The position numbers and the translations under genes were made by a program. From positions 519,640 through 552,270 of the forward strand of contig JBBTWE010000001.1 in the NCBI GenBank assembly GCA_038062955.1: a stretch of 32,631 nt of DNA, in the 5' to 3' direction. Each line of letters begins with the position of its first letter. Within the stretch, counting starts at the first letter, position 1. Positions 25,585 through 32,631 of this stretch are shown one piece after another. Under the pieces are notes generated by a model. The model saw only the letters and a list, made by a program, of their open reading frames with translations, had not been told where the DNA came from and searched no databases. This DNA is from Patescibacteria group bacterium. Lineage in GTDB: Bacteria > Patescibacteriota > Minisyncoccia > Phycocordibacterales > BOKC01.

Positions 25585-25626
25585 AAGTTGAAAGTTTAAC
25601 GTTAAAAGTTTAAAGTAAGGGAGCTT

Positions 25627-25712
25627 GGAGGGGTCGCATAGCGGTATTGCAGCAGATTGCTAATCTGCGCCCCGTAAGGGGCCCGTGGGTTCGAATCCCA
25701 CTCCCTCCGCCA
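25627..25712 (+). tRNA. tRNA-Ser(GCU), class II with a long variable arm; CCA encoded
   Basis: GGAGGGG TC GCA TAGCGGTAT TGC A GCAGA TTGCTAA TCTGC GCCCC GTAA GGGGC C GTGGG TTCGAAT CCCAC TCCCTCC G CCA. Confidence 0.93.
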
Positions 25713-25819
25713 GAGTTTAAAACGAAGTTTTAAAGTGAGATTCGAAAATCCTTGAATATATCGCACGGAGCGAAGCGAGTACGATATGAAAGGTGTACCG
25801 TTCATGTAATGAAAGAAAT

Positions 25820-25834
25820 TCCCACTCCCTCCGC
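25820..25834 (+). repeat. Direct repeat of the 3' end of tRNA-Ser (att-like scar)
   Basis: tcccactccctccgc at 25820-25834 is identical to 25696-25710 inside the tRNA, 124 nt upstream. Confidence 0.6.
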
Positions 25835-25873
25835 AAAATTATACTTTCAGCAAAATCAAAAGTAATTTCTTGA

Positions 25874-25920
25874 ATAAAATAAAAGGGCTGGCACAGCACT
25901 ACTAGTGTGTGACAGCCCTT
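25874..25920 (-). terminator. Rho-independent terminator ending the minus-strand transcript that leaves the 767-aa gene
   Basis: Long stem aagggctg..cacagcact / agtgtgtg..cagccctt (25883-25920). On the minus strand it is followed by ttttatttt. Confidence 0.65.
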
Positions 25921-26186
25921 CGGGTAAACAACCTCAATTTGATCTTCGGGTGAGTGGTATTTCACTGGCGACTCCGCTACCCGCAAACAGGAAGCATCAC
26001 TGTCTTCCACTTATACTGTGCAGCCGTTCTCTCTTATCGGTCCAGTTCTGGGATTTGAACCCAGCTCATATTCCCCGAAGACCCCTCTCCGGAGAAACTT
26101 GTCCCAAGACAACTGTTATTTTACCCAATAAAGATATTGCCTGACATGATTCAAGCGGTCAAGAGTTTTACAACACCGATCAGATT
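25921..26186 (-). ncRNA. Unassigned structured RNA: either a long 3' UTR of the 767-aa gene or an independent sRNA
   Basis: GC-rich and hairpin-dense. It has a tRNA T-arm-like hairpin ctggg-ttcaaat-cccag (minus strand, 26048-26064), ttgtc-ttgg-gacaa, ggaag/cttcc and two C-UUCG-G tetraloops. A weak TTGACC-N17-CAATAT lies at 26162-26134. Only spurious ORFs are present. Confidence 0.3.
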
Positions 26187-28490
26187 TTATTCTGGTAGCG
26201 TTGTGGAAGTAGAGCCGGAAGCGGTGGTACCACTAAACCAAGGCCCCCACACAAAATTGTTAACATCGAAATAATCGCTTAAATTGCTTTGGGTTATTTC
26301 TGTTCCATTAATGCGGATATTTTCCAAGATTACATTATGAAAACCATTATTAGCGTTGTGGCCTTTGATTTCGCTCCTCTCTCTCTGTGTTCCTTCTAGC
26401 GTGATGTTTCTAAAAACAAGATTGTAACTATTGCCGAGCGGTGGATCAATTACCTGTTGTCCAACATTCGTCCAAGGGTGAACAAAATTTTTGATTTGAG
26501 CTAAAGACATATTTAAACTGCCCTCAATGCGAATATTTTGATAGGTTTGGTTGGAATGCCCGCGAGTACTGTCAGCACTATCCACCCACACCTGAAACAC
26601 CCCTGGGACTTTCGCTCCACTGGGTAACAATCCTGCATCATAAGTTTTGATATCAATGTTATTAATAAAAGATGTATGAGTATTATTTGAAGAATTTCCC
26701 CAATATCCTCCAACGAAAACAGCATTATTTGTAGTCCCGGCAAATGAATTGGTAACAGTCACATCATTGTTATGCAACCCAGCATACATAGGAAAGAAAA
26801 CATTATCACCAACAAAAGCAAAAGACTGATCGACGTTGCTCACACCCCCATTGAAGCCGTCAGTCGACCAATACCAAGGAGACAGTAATTTCACGCCGTA
26901 AACATTATCCACACCAGCACCGATATTATACGAAGGAGAATTGACAATGGTTATACCTCTTATACTCGAAACATTTACTTGCCCCCAATTCCCAATAACC
27001 ATAGTGTAATTCATTGGGGCCGGCCAAGGATGGAGACCTTGAACGAATTCAGCTGTCCATAAATCCCCGGAAAGAATGCCAGGACCCATAATTCTTACAT
27101 TACTCTTGCCTCGCACATCGATATTCCCCCTCACTATGGCACCACCATCTAGATAAATTGTTTCATTATTTGTAGCCTGATAATGGTTTTCTGTAGCAGG
27201 AGAAATATCTTGAATGCCGGGTCCAAAGTATCTTGCACCCGCAGGAATTGTTGGCTTAGGAGGATCAGCAAACACAAAAAGAGGGTTAGCATCATTTCCA
27301 TTTATCGTAATCCAGACTTTATTATTTTGATTCAAAGTGAGTATGGCTTGGCCATTACTTAGCTCGACTGGGATATTTTTACTTTCAGGACTGACTTGCA
27401 CAGAGTTAACAGACCCTCCTAAAGTAGAAACTCGAACGCGTACGGATCTGGTCGTGCCGAATGTTGTGAAATTGACGGTAGGCGTTGAATTGCGGTGCCA
27501 AGAAGTTCTGCTTGTCCTGCCAAATTTATAAACATAAGAAGGAATCCAAGTTGAACCATCCAAGACTTCGACAGTGTAGAGATTTGATAGATAAGTATTA
27601 GTGCTAGGTCCGGGATAGACTTCAACAGTGCTAGGGGGTGGTGGCAAAGCAGTAACAGTCAAAAGAAAAGATGTGGTTTTTTGCACGCCAGCTATCCCAG
27701 TAACAATGACAGTGTAGTTCCCTGTTAGAGTGGCAGTAGTAGTCGTGATTGTGAGAGCGCTAGTGCAAGTTGGGTTGCAAGAAGTTGGAGAAAAACTTCC
27801 ACTTGCTCCGCTAGGGAGTCCTGAAACGCTGTAAGAAACGGTTCGAGTGTTACCAGAAATTAAAGTCGCAGCAATTGTATTTTGAACAGATTGACCCTGA
27901 ACAACCGATTTTGGGCCGCCATTTGAAAGAGAGAAATCGAAAGGAGGAACTGGCAAAGCAGTAACCGTCAAAATAAATGAGGTCGTTTTTGTTTCTTTAG
28001 ATTTTCCTAGAACTGTAACAGTGTAATCCCCCGCAGAAGTAGACACAGCGGTTGTGATATTCAATATGGTTGTGCATTTTGGATTGCAAGAAGTTGGGGA
28101 AAAACTTCCACTTGCTCCGCTAGGGAGTCCGGATAACTCGTAGAAAATATTTTCTGACTCTCCATCAATTAAATTCGCCGTAATTTTATTTGTAACAGAT
28201 TGACCTTGAACGACCGACTTTGATCCGCCGTTTGAGAGAGAAAAGTCGAATCCTATAACAGGTGATGGTTCTACAATCGGACACTCTTCAAATGCACAAT
28301 TCTCTCCAACACGCCCAACGTATGATCCGTCAGAACACTTCTTAACATCTTGCGGACAAATTGTTGGTTCAGGAGTTGGCGCCAGTGGCTGGGTACTAAA
28401 AAACATAAAATAAATCATTCCTACGATAAGTAAAAGCGCAGACAGAATTATTAAAACTTTACCAAAATTATTTTTCGCTTCAGGATTCAT
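26187..28490 (-). CDS. Surface or secreted protein: TM anchor, Cys motif, two Ig-like repeats and a right-handed beta-helix (glycoside hydrolase or lyase-like) domain
   Basis: 767 aa. N-terminal TM (VLIILSALLLIVGMIYFMFF). Cys module CPQDVKKCSDGSYVGRVGENCAFEEC. Two 103-aa repeats. The C-terminal roughly 480 aa are Asn/Gly/Val-rich with periodic N-V/I-x-I/V rungs and WYWSTDGF, typical of pectin-lyase-fold enzymes. Confidence 0.85.
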   Translation of the reverse strand: MNPEAKNNFGKVLIILSALLLIVGMIYFMFFSTQPLAPTPEPTICPQDVKKCSDGSYVGRVGENCAFEECPIVEPSPVIGFDFSLSNGGSKSVVQGQSVTNKITANLIDGESENIFYELSGLPSGASGSFSPTSCNPKCTTILNITTAVSTSAGDYTVTVLGKSKETKTTSFILTVTALPVPPFDFSLSNGGPKSVVQGQSVQNTIAATLISGNTRTVSYSVSGLPSGASGSFSPTSCNPTCTSALTITTTTATLTGNYTVIVTGIAGVQKTTSFLLTVTALPPPPSTVEVYPGPSTNTYLSNLYTVEVLDGSTWIPSYVYKFGRTSRTSWHRNSTPTVNFTTFGTTRSVRVRVSTLGGSVNSVQVSPESKNIPVELSNGQAILTLNQNNKVWITINGNDANPLFVFADPPKPTIPAGARYFGPGIQDISPATENHYQATNNETIYLDGGAIVRGNIDVRGKSNVRIMGPGILSGDLWTAEFVQGLHPWPAPMNYTMVIGNWGQVNVSSIRGITIVNSPSYNIGAGVDNVYGVKLLSPWYWSTDGFNGGVSNVDQSFAFVGDNVFFPMYAGLHNNDVTVTNSFAGTTNNAVFVGGYWGNSSNNTHTSFINNIDIKTYDAGLLPSGAKVPGVFQVWVDSADSTRGHSNQTYQNIRIEGSLNMSLAQIKNFVHPWTNVGQQVIDPPLGNSYNLVFRNITLEGTQRERSEIKGHNANNGFHNVILENIRINGTEITQSNLSDYFDVNNFVWGPWFSGTTASGSTSTTLPE
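27633..28250 (-). repeat. In-frame tandem duplication, 2 x 309 nt (two 103-aa domains)
   Basis: aagttggRgaaaaacttccacttgctccgctagggagtcc occurs at 27782-27821 and 28091-28130, exactly 309 nt apart. Both protein repeats begin FDFSLSNGG and end TTSFxLTVTALP. Confidence 0.85.
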
Positions 28491-28601
28491 ATAAAATTTC
28501 TTTAAAAAATTAAACTGAGTTTACTTAATTGTACAATAAATAATCACTTTGGAATCAATCGTCTGTGGACTTCGAAAGTTTAAAATCTCTAATTTTGAAA
28601 C

Positions 28602-29630
28602 ATGATATCATTACCGTTATCAATGAATTACTTCATGAATCAAAAAGCTATGCCTGCTGGTAGGCATGGATTCGCGAATATTGCAATAATTATATTATTT
28701 CTTGTTGTGTTGGTTGGAGGAGGAATTTATTTTGCGTTCTATAAACAAAATGTGCCTTCGTACCCAATAGCTTGCACTGCAGATGCTATGGAGTGTCCTG
28801 ATGGGTCATATGTCGGTCGCAGTGGTCCAAACTGTGAATTTAAGTGTCCGAAAATAAATCCTGGAATCGTAACCGAATGCACAAAAAATTCTGATTGTCC
28901 TTCCTCAAAGTATATTTGTGAAGAGATACAAGGTGTTGGGACAGCTTGTCCAGACAATGATCCTTCCTGTGTGCCAACACACACGATAATCCAAGGAGAA
29001 TGCAAATTGAAAGAAAGTAATCAATGTACCCGAAATTCTGATTGTGCTGGCGGAAATTTGTGTCACAAAAATAGCTGTGTGAGTCCAATCGGAAAGCAAT
29101 GTAGCGGGCCTTCTGACATGAACTGTCCGTCTGATTTTGAATGCGTGCAAGGTTGTGGTTCTCCGGTTGGATATCAAAATGAACCCCCTCCCCCTTATTT
29201 TTGTCAGCTCGTAGGGTACATTCGCACTTGCCCAATATGCCTCGCAGAAAATACATTGATTGATACGCCTTCCGGTGCAATTCCTGTTGAAGAATTACGA
29301 AAAGGAATGGTGATTTGGACAGTTAATAAATCGGGAGAACGTGTTTCGGGTATCATTCTCGAAACCAGCAAAACTCCTGTGTCACCAACTCATAAGATGG
29401 TTCATATTTCTCTTAAAGATGGCCGAGAAATTCTTGCTTCCCCCGGACATCCAACCACAGATAATAGGACCTTAGGAGAACTTTCTGCAGGTGACATTCT
29501 TGATGGAAGCATTGTATCAACCACCAAAACAATTCCTTACAAAAAATCCTACACTTACGACATTCTACCTTCTGGCGAAACTGGGTTCTACTTTGCAAAC
29601 AGAATACTTCTAAATAGTACTCTCCGCTAA
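28602..29630 (+). CDS. Cys-rich membrane-anchored protein with a C-terminal Hint (bacterial intein-like) domain
   Basis: 342 aa with a TM (IAIIILFLVVLVGGGIYFAF). Cys module CTADAMECPDGSYVGRSGPNCEFKC, then a 130-aa Cys-rich region. The Hint blocks are CLAENTLIDTPSG (residue 213 onward), SPGHP, LSAGDIL and YDILPSGETGFYFANRILLNS. Only 3 residues follow. The exact start codon is uncertain (several ATGs in the first 17 codons). Confidence 0.85.
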   Translation: MISLPLSMNYFMNQKAMPAGRHGFANIAIIILFLVVLVGGGIYFAFYKQNVPSYPIACTADAMECPDGSYVGRSGPNCEFKCPKINPGIVTECTKNSDCPSSKYICEEIQGVGTACPDNDPSCVPTHTIIQGECKLKESNQCTRNSDCAGGNLCHKNSCVSPIGKQCSGPSDMNCPSDFECVQGCGSPVGYQNEPPPPYFCQLVGYIRTCPICLAENTLIDTPSGAIPVEELRKGMVIWTVNKSGERVSGIILETSKTPVSPTHKMVHISLKDGREILASPGHPTTDNRTLGELSAGDILDGSIVSTTKTIPYKKSYTYDILPSGETGFYFANRILLNSTLR

Positions 29631-29694
29631 TTTCCCTAAACATAGCCATTCTACAGCCTCTTTTTACCCTCCTAAATTTTTTCTTCGAAAAATT

Positions 29695-29722
29695 TTGGAC
29701 TTTTTCAGTAATTTAGTATATA
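29695..29722 (+). promoter_or_regulatory. Candidate sigma70-type promoter for the orphan ORF
   Basis: TTGGAC (29695-29700), a 16-nt spacer, then TATATA (29717-22, or TATAAA with an 18-nt spacer). A GGGAGG Shine-Dalgarno lies 6 nt before the ATG at 29784. Confidence 0.45.
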
Positions 29723-29783
29723 AATCATCTGGAACTTAGGAAGCGCCTAGGTCTAGCACACAAACACCTTTAGGGAGGTCCTT

Positions 29784-30176
29784 ATGAGTCAATTCGCCAC
29801 TCTACCGTTACTCAACGAGCAATCGATTCTATTGGAACTTCGAGATGCGGCTCTGCACGCCAGACTCCACGACGATTACAGATGGCTCCAGTCCGCCTCG
29901 GAAGTTTTCTTGATGATGATCAATAGAAGGTACGCGGAGCATCAGCAACTCACAGAAAGATGGCGTTCCTACGACAACAAAAGAAGCTTGGTGAAGTTGT
30001 TGTTGAAACTTTGCGGGAGAAAGCCTCCGCTCGCTCTCAAAGGACACGAAGAAGCCTCCAGACTCTTGTACTGCGCTCGCCTTCTCCGAAAGGCCGCCCA
30101 AGCAAGAGATGTTTCTGGATTCCTCCAGCTTTGCCAAGAAAGACTGGAGATTGAAGCGCTTGACTTGTTCGTCTAA
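29784..30176 (+). CDS. Orphan 130-aa helical, Arg/Leu-rich protein in a compositionally atypical (GC-richer) segment
   Basis: It has a strong SD (GGGAGG), its own promoter-like hexamers and a strong terminator. The opposite-strand ORFs 29829-30179 and 29960-30154 have no such signals. No family recognised. Confidence 0.6.
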   Translation: MSQFATLPLLNEQSILLELRDAALHARLHDDYRWLQSASEVFLMMINRRYAEHQQLTERWRSYDNKRSLVKLLLKLCGRKPPLALKGHEEASRLLYCARLLRKAAQARDVSGFLQLCQERLEIEALDLFV

Positions 30177-30201
30177 CAAACGAACTGTCGGCGCTTTTTT
30201 T
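30155..30201 (+). terminator. Rho-independent terminator of the orphan ORF
   Basis: Compound stem AGCGC..GAC..GTTCGT / ACGAAC..GTC..GCGCT followed by T7 (30195-30201). The stop codon lies inside the stem. Confidence 0.75.
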
Positions 30202-30206
30202 ATTTC

Positions 30207-32408
30207 CTATTCAAAATGGATTTTATTTTTTTGTTTTGAGAGAATCTCTTTAAGATGAGAATGGTCTTTTTCTTTAAATTCTGGGTCTTGTTCAACAATT
30301 TCTCGAGCCACATTTCTGGCCGCTTCAACCATTTTTATATTTTTTATAGCTTCCATACCGAGGTCTGATATTCCCCACTGTTTTTTGCCCGACAACTCGC
30401 CGGCACCTCTTTGCTCCAAATCGAGCTCGGCCAATTCAAAACCGTTTTTGGCAGTTGTTAAAGCTTTAAGTCTTTGAATGGATTTTTGAGTTTTGCCTTC
30501 CGAAAAAACATAGCAGTATGCCTGATGAGAACTTCGGAGAACACGTCCACGAAGTTGGTGAAGTTGAGCAAGCCCGAATCTCTCGGCTCCTTCGATTATA
30601 ATTGTAGTTGCGTTCGGCACGTTTATCCCAACCTCCACCACCGATGTAGCGCAAAGAATTTGAGTTTTTCCAGCTTCAAAATCCTTCATCACTTCCTCTT
30701 TTTCTTCTTTTTTAAGTTTGCTGTGGAGAATTCCTATTTCATATTCTGGGAAGACAGATTTTTTAAGACGGGCAGCTTCTTCACTTACTGATTTAACATT
30801 GAGCGCCTGCTCTTTTTCCCTAAATGCTACCGCATCGGGCGAGTCGCCAAAAGCGACTTTAGCCGGATCAGGCTCTGCGATTCTTGGACAGATTACAAAA
30901 AGTTGGCGACCGCTTTTGAGTTCTTGCCTTATTTTTTGATACGTTTCTTCCCTTTTGTTTGGTGGCACAACTTCTGTAATAACGGTTTTTCTCCCTGCCG
31001 GCATTTGATCGAGCAAGGTCAAATCCAAATCACCGTAAATCGTAAGGGCAAGTGTACGAGGAATCGGAGTTGCAGTCATAGTAAGAAGGTGTGGAAGAAT
31101 GCCATCTTTTTTTCGCAGTTCTGCTCTCTGCTTTGTTCCGAAGCGATGCTGTTCATCGATTATTACATAGGCCAGATTTTTAAATTTAATATTTTTCTGA
31201 ATCAGAGCGTGGGTACCGATGAGAATCGGAATTTCACCATTTGCTACCCATTTTAAAAGCTGACTTTTAGAAATTGGAGTCGCTTCACTGGGATTCAATT
31301 TTGAAGGAAATTTTTTACATCCACTACCAGTCAAGAGGCCGATTTTTATATTAAGCCCCGAAAAAGTTTCAATAAAAGTTTTGAAGTGCTGATTGGCTAA
31401 TATTTCTGTCGGTGCCATGTAAGTTACTTGGAGCTGTCCAAAACGATTATCTTTAGGAGGAGTGGTGATACAAGCATAAGAAGTAATGGCCGCCACGGCT
31501 GTCTTTCCGGAGCCAACGTCTCCCTCAAGAAGTCTCGACATCGGATAATCTTTTTTGAAATCTCCCAAAATGTCCGCCACAGATTTTTCCTGGCTCTCGG
31601 TTAATTTGAATGGCAATCTGTCGGTAAAAATTTTAAGTTCTTTTGCGGTTGGGTTTATTTTAAAAGAACTTTTTTCTTCGTACTCCTTTCTTTCACGCTG
31701 TTTTTGGAGCTGAATAAAGAAAATTTCTTCAAAAGCAAATCGTTTTCTGGCTGGAATATAGTCATTTTCTCTCTTTGGTATGTGAATCCAAATGAGAGAA
31801 GTTCGGAGAGACGGCAGATTGTATTTTTCTAGTATTTGTTTGGGGATCGGATCCGCGATTAAATCCAGAGTTCCAGATTTTAAAATTCTTTCTATATGAT
31901 GATGAAACCAGCGTGAGCTTATCCCCCGACTCTCTCTGTAAGTTGGCTCTAAAAAATCATCTTTAGTTTCAGTGGGTAATCTTAAAATCGGCATCGGTAT
32001 TTCGTCGGCTTTTTCGATTTCGGGATTGATAAAACAGAAAGAGTCATTTTTATTTGAAACCTTACCACTTACTCGAACAATGGAATTTTCTCGAAACATT
32101 TTTGCAATGTAAGGCTGATGCATCCAAAGAATTTTTATCTTTCCAGTTTGGTCCACGAGTGTAGCTCGAGCAATAGCCTTTTTGGATTTCCAGGTTTTGC
32201 CAGTTTCCAAATTTATAATTTTCCCGTAAATAGTGACTTGTTCATCAGCTCGGAGTTCGTTTATATTTTTTTGAGGTAAAGATGAGCTGTATTTAGTTGG
32301 AAAGAAATATAAGAGATCTAGGACAGTATGAAGCCCGAGTCTTTGGAGAGACTTTTTATGAAATGGAGAAAGTTTGAAATTTTCTTCTAAAAAGGAGTCC
32401 GGTTTCAT
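30207..32408 (-). CDS. recG: ATP-dependent DNA helicase RecG
   Basis: 733 aa. N-terminal wedge/OB region, helicase motif I GDVGSGKT, motif II IIDEQHRFG and a C-terminal helicase lobe (QLRGRV). Confidence 0.96.
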   Translation of the reverse strand: MKPDSFLEENFKLSPFHKKSLQRLGLHTVLDLLYFFPTKYSSSLPQKNINELRADEQVTIYGKIINLETGKTWKSKKAIARATLVDQTGKIKILWMHQPYIAKMFRENSIVRVSGKVSNKNDSFCFINPEIEKADEIPMPILRLPTETKDDFLEPTYRESRGISSRWFHHHIERILKSGTLDLIADPIPKQILEKYNLPSLRTSLIWIHIPKRENDYIPARKRFAFEEIFFIQLQKQRERKEYEEKSSFKINPTAKELKIFTDRLPFKLTESQEKSVADILGDFKKDYPMSRLLEGDVGSGKTAVAAITSYACITTPPKDNRFGQLQVTYMAPTEILANQHFKTFIETFSGLNIKIGLLTGSGCKKFPSKLNPSEATPISKSQLLKWVANGEIPILIGTHALIQKNIKFKNLAYVIIDEQHRFGTKQRAELRKKDGILPHLLTMTATPIPRTLALTIYGDLDLTLLDQMPAGRKTVITEVVPPNKREETYQKIRQELKSGRQLFVICPRIAEPDPAKVAFGDSPDAVAFREKEQALNVKSVSEEAARLKKSVFPEYEIGILHSKLKKEEKEEVMKDFEAGKTQILCATSVVEVGINVPNATTIIIEGAERFGLAQLHQLRGRVLRSSHQAYCYVFSEGKTQKSIQRLKALTTAKNGFELAELDLEQRGAGELSGKKQWGISDLGMEAIKNIKMVEAARNVAREIVEQDPEFKEKDHSHLKEILSKQKNKIHFE

Positions 32409-32414
32409 ATAAAA

Positions 32415-32631
32415 TTATTGAGTAGTCGCTGCGTTTGATTCTTCCGTTTTTGCAGCGCATTCCAAAAAATTACAGCTAGGCAAACCACGCCCAACATAAG
32501 AACCGTCGGGACAAATTTTTAAATCGGAAGGACAAACTGTAGTTGGTTTCGGCAGACTTGAAGGATTAAAAAAATGTATGAAAATACCGATTAAAATTAC
32601 GAGTCCGATGACAATTAGAGATGTTGATTCT
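32415..32631 (-). CDS. Small TM protein with the same Cys module; the N-terminus lies beyond the right edge of the window
   Basis: Not in the ORF track because it is open at the edge. The reverse frame reads ...STSLIVIGLVILIGIFIHFFNPSSLPKPTTVCPSDLKICPDGSYVGRGLPSCNFLECAAKTEESNAATTQ, ending at TAA (32415-32417). Confidence 0.6.
   Translation of the reverse strand, partial: ESTSLIVIGLVILIGIFIHFFNPSSLPKPTTVCPSDLKICPDGSYVGRGLPSCNFLECAAKTEESNAATTQ

Noticed and set aside
25602-26144. ORFs 25602-25805(-), 25717-26010(-) and 25905-26144(+) around tRNA-Ser and the structured region.
   Set aside because: They overlap a tRNA or hairpin-dense non-coding sequence, overlap one another on both strands, and lack SD and start context.
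25921-26186. Possible tmRNA, RNase P RNA, glmS ribozyme or 23S rRNA fragment.
   Set aside because: - tmRNA: no GGGG 5' acceptor, no alanine-type 3' end and no tag ORF ending in a hydrophobic tail.
- RNase P: no GGAAAGUCC / ACAGAA..GGCUUA pair.
- glmS: only a 10-mer (CCAGAACTGG) matches.
- 23S: similar strings (GAAATACCAC, GAAGACCCC) lie on opposite strands.

The region is therefore left unassigned rather than named.
27633-28250. The internal repeat of the 767-aa gene as a diversity-generating retroelement TR/VR pair.
   Set aside because: The two copies are adjacent, in frame and both coding. Differences are not restricted to adenine positions as far as I can see. No reverse transcriptase gene is present in the window.
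29829-30179. Minus-strand ORFs 29829-30179 and plus-strand 29960-30154 in the GC-rich cassette.
   Set aside because: The promoter-like hexamers, the strong SD and the T7 terminator are all oriented for the 29784-30176 plus-strand frame. The alternatives have no start signals. None of the three can be proven without expression data.

Overview
AT-rich, tightly packed bacterial window, transcribed almost entirely from the minus strand. The gene content and style suggest a small-genome Patescibacteria/CPR (Parcubacteria-like) organism; this is an inference, since no search was run.

Core genes, left to right:
- DedA-family fragment, pyrG, ftsX, ftsE, prfB.
- A tRNA/ncRNA islet with six tRNAs and a GC-rich cupin gene.
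- A membrane protein, then gatA, gatC and ligA.
- A roughly 14 kb type IV pilus cluster (11673-25584): PilX-like protein, four pilin or pilin-like genes, pilD, two more pilins, pilC, pilT, a CheY-like regulator, pilB, a small TM protein, pilO-like, pilN-like, pilM and comF.
- tRNA-Ser.
- An accessory block: a TM/Cys-motif beta-helix surface protein, a Cys-rich protein ending in a Hint/intein-like domain, and a GC-rich orphan gene with its own promoter and terminator.
- recG and one more truncated TM/Cys-motif gene.

Most notable non-coding observations:
1. tRNA-Thr(GGU) is split by a 192-nt insert exactly 3' of the anticodon. Its boundaries follow group I intron rules: U before the insert, G as its last base, and a U.G pair in a P1-like hairpin.
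2. Two short palindromic MITE-like elements sit exactly at the start codons of prfB and pilT. Each is flanked by a direct duplication of ATGAA(T), so the original SD-ATG lies more than 115 nt upstream of the real CDS.
3. A second family of 120-200 nt intergenic palindromic repeats is present.
4. Two tRNAs (the initiator and Thr-CGU) share a change in the D-loop/T-loop elbow: AG instead of GG, and G55 instead of U55.
5. Three GC-rich structured non-coding segments could not be assigned to any RNA family by eye.

No CRISPR array, transposase, integrase, reverse transcriptase or rRNA was seen.
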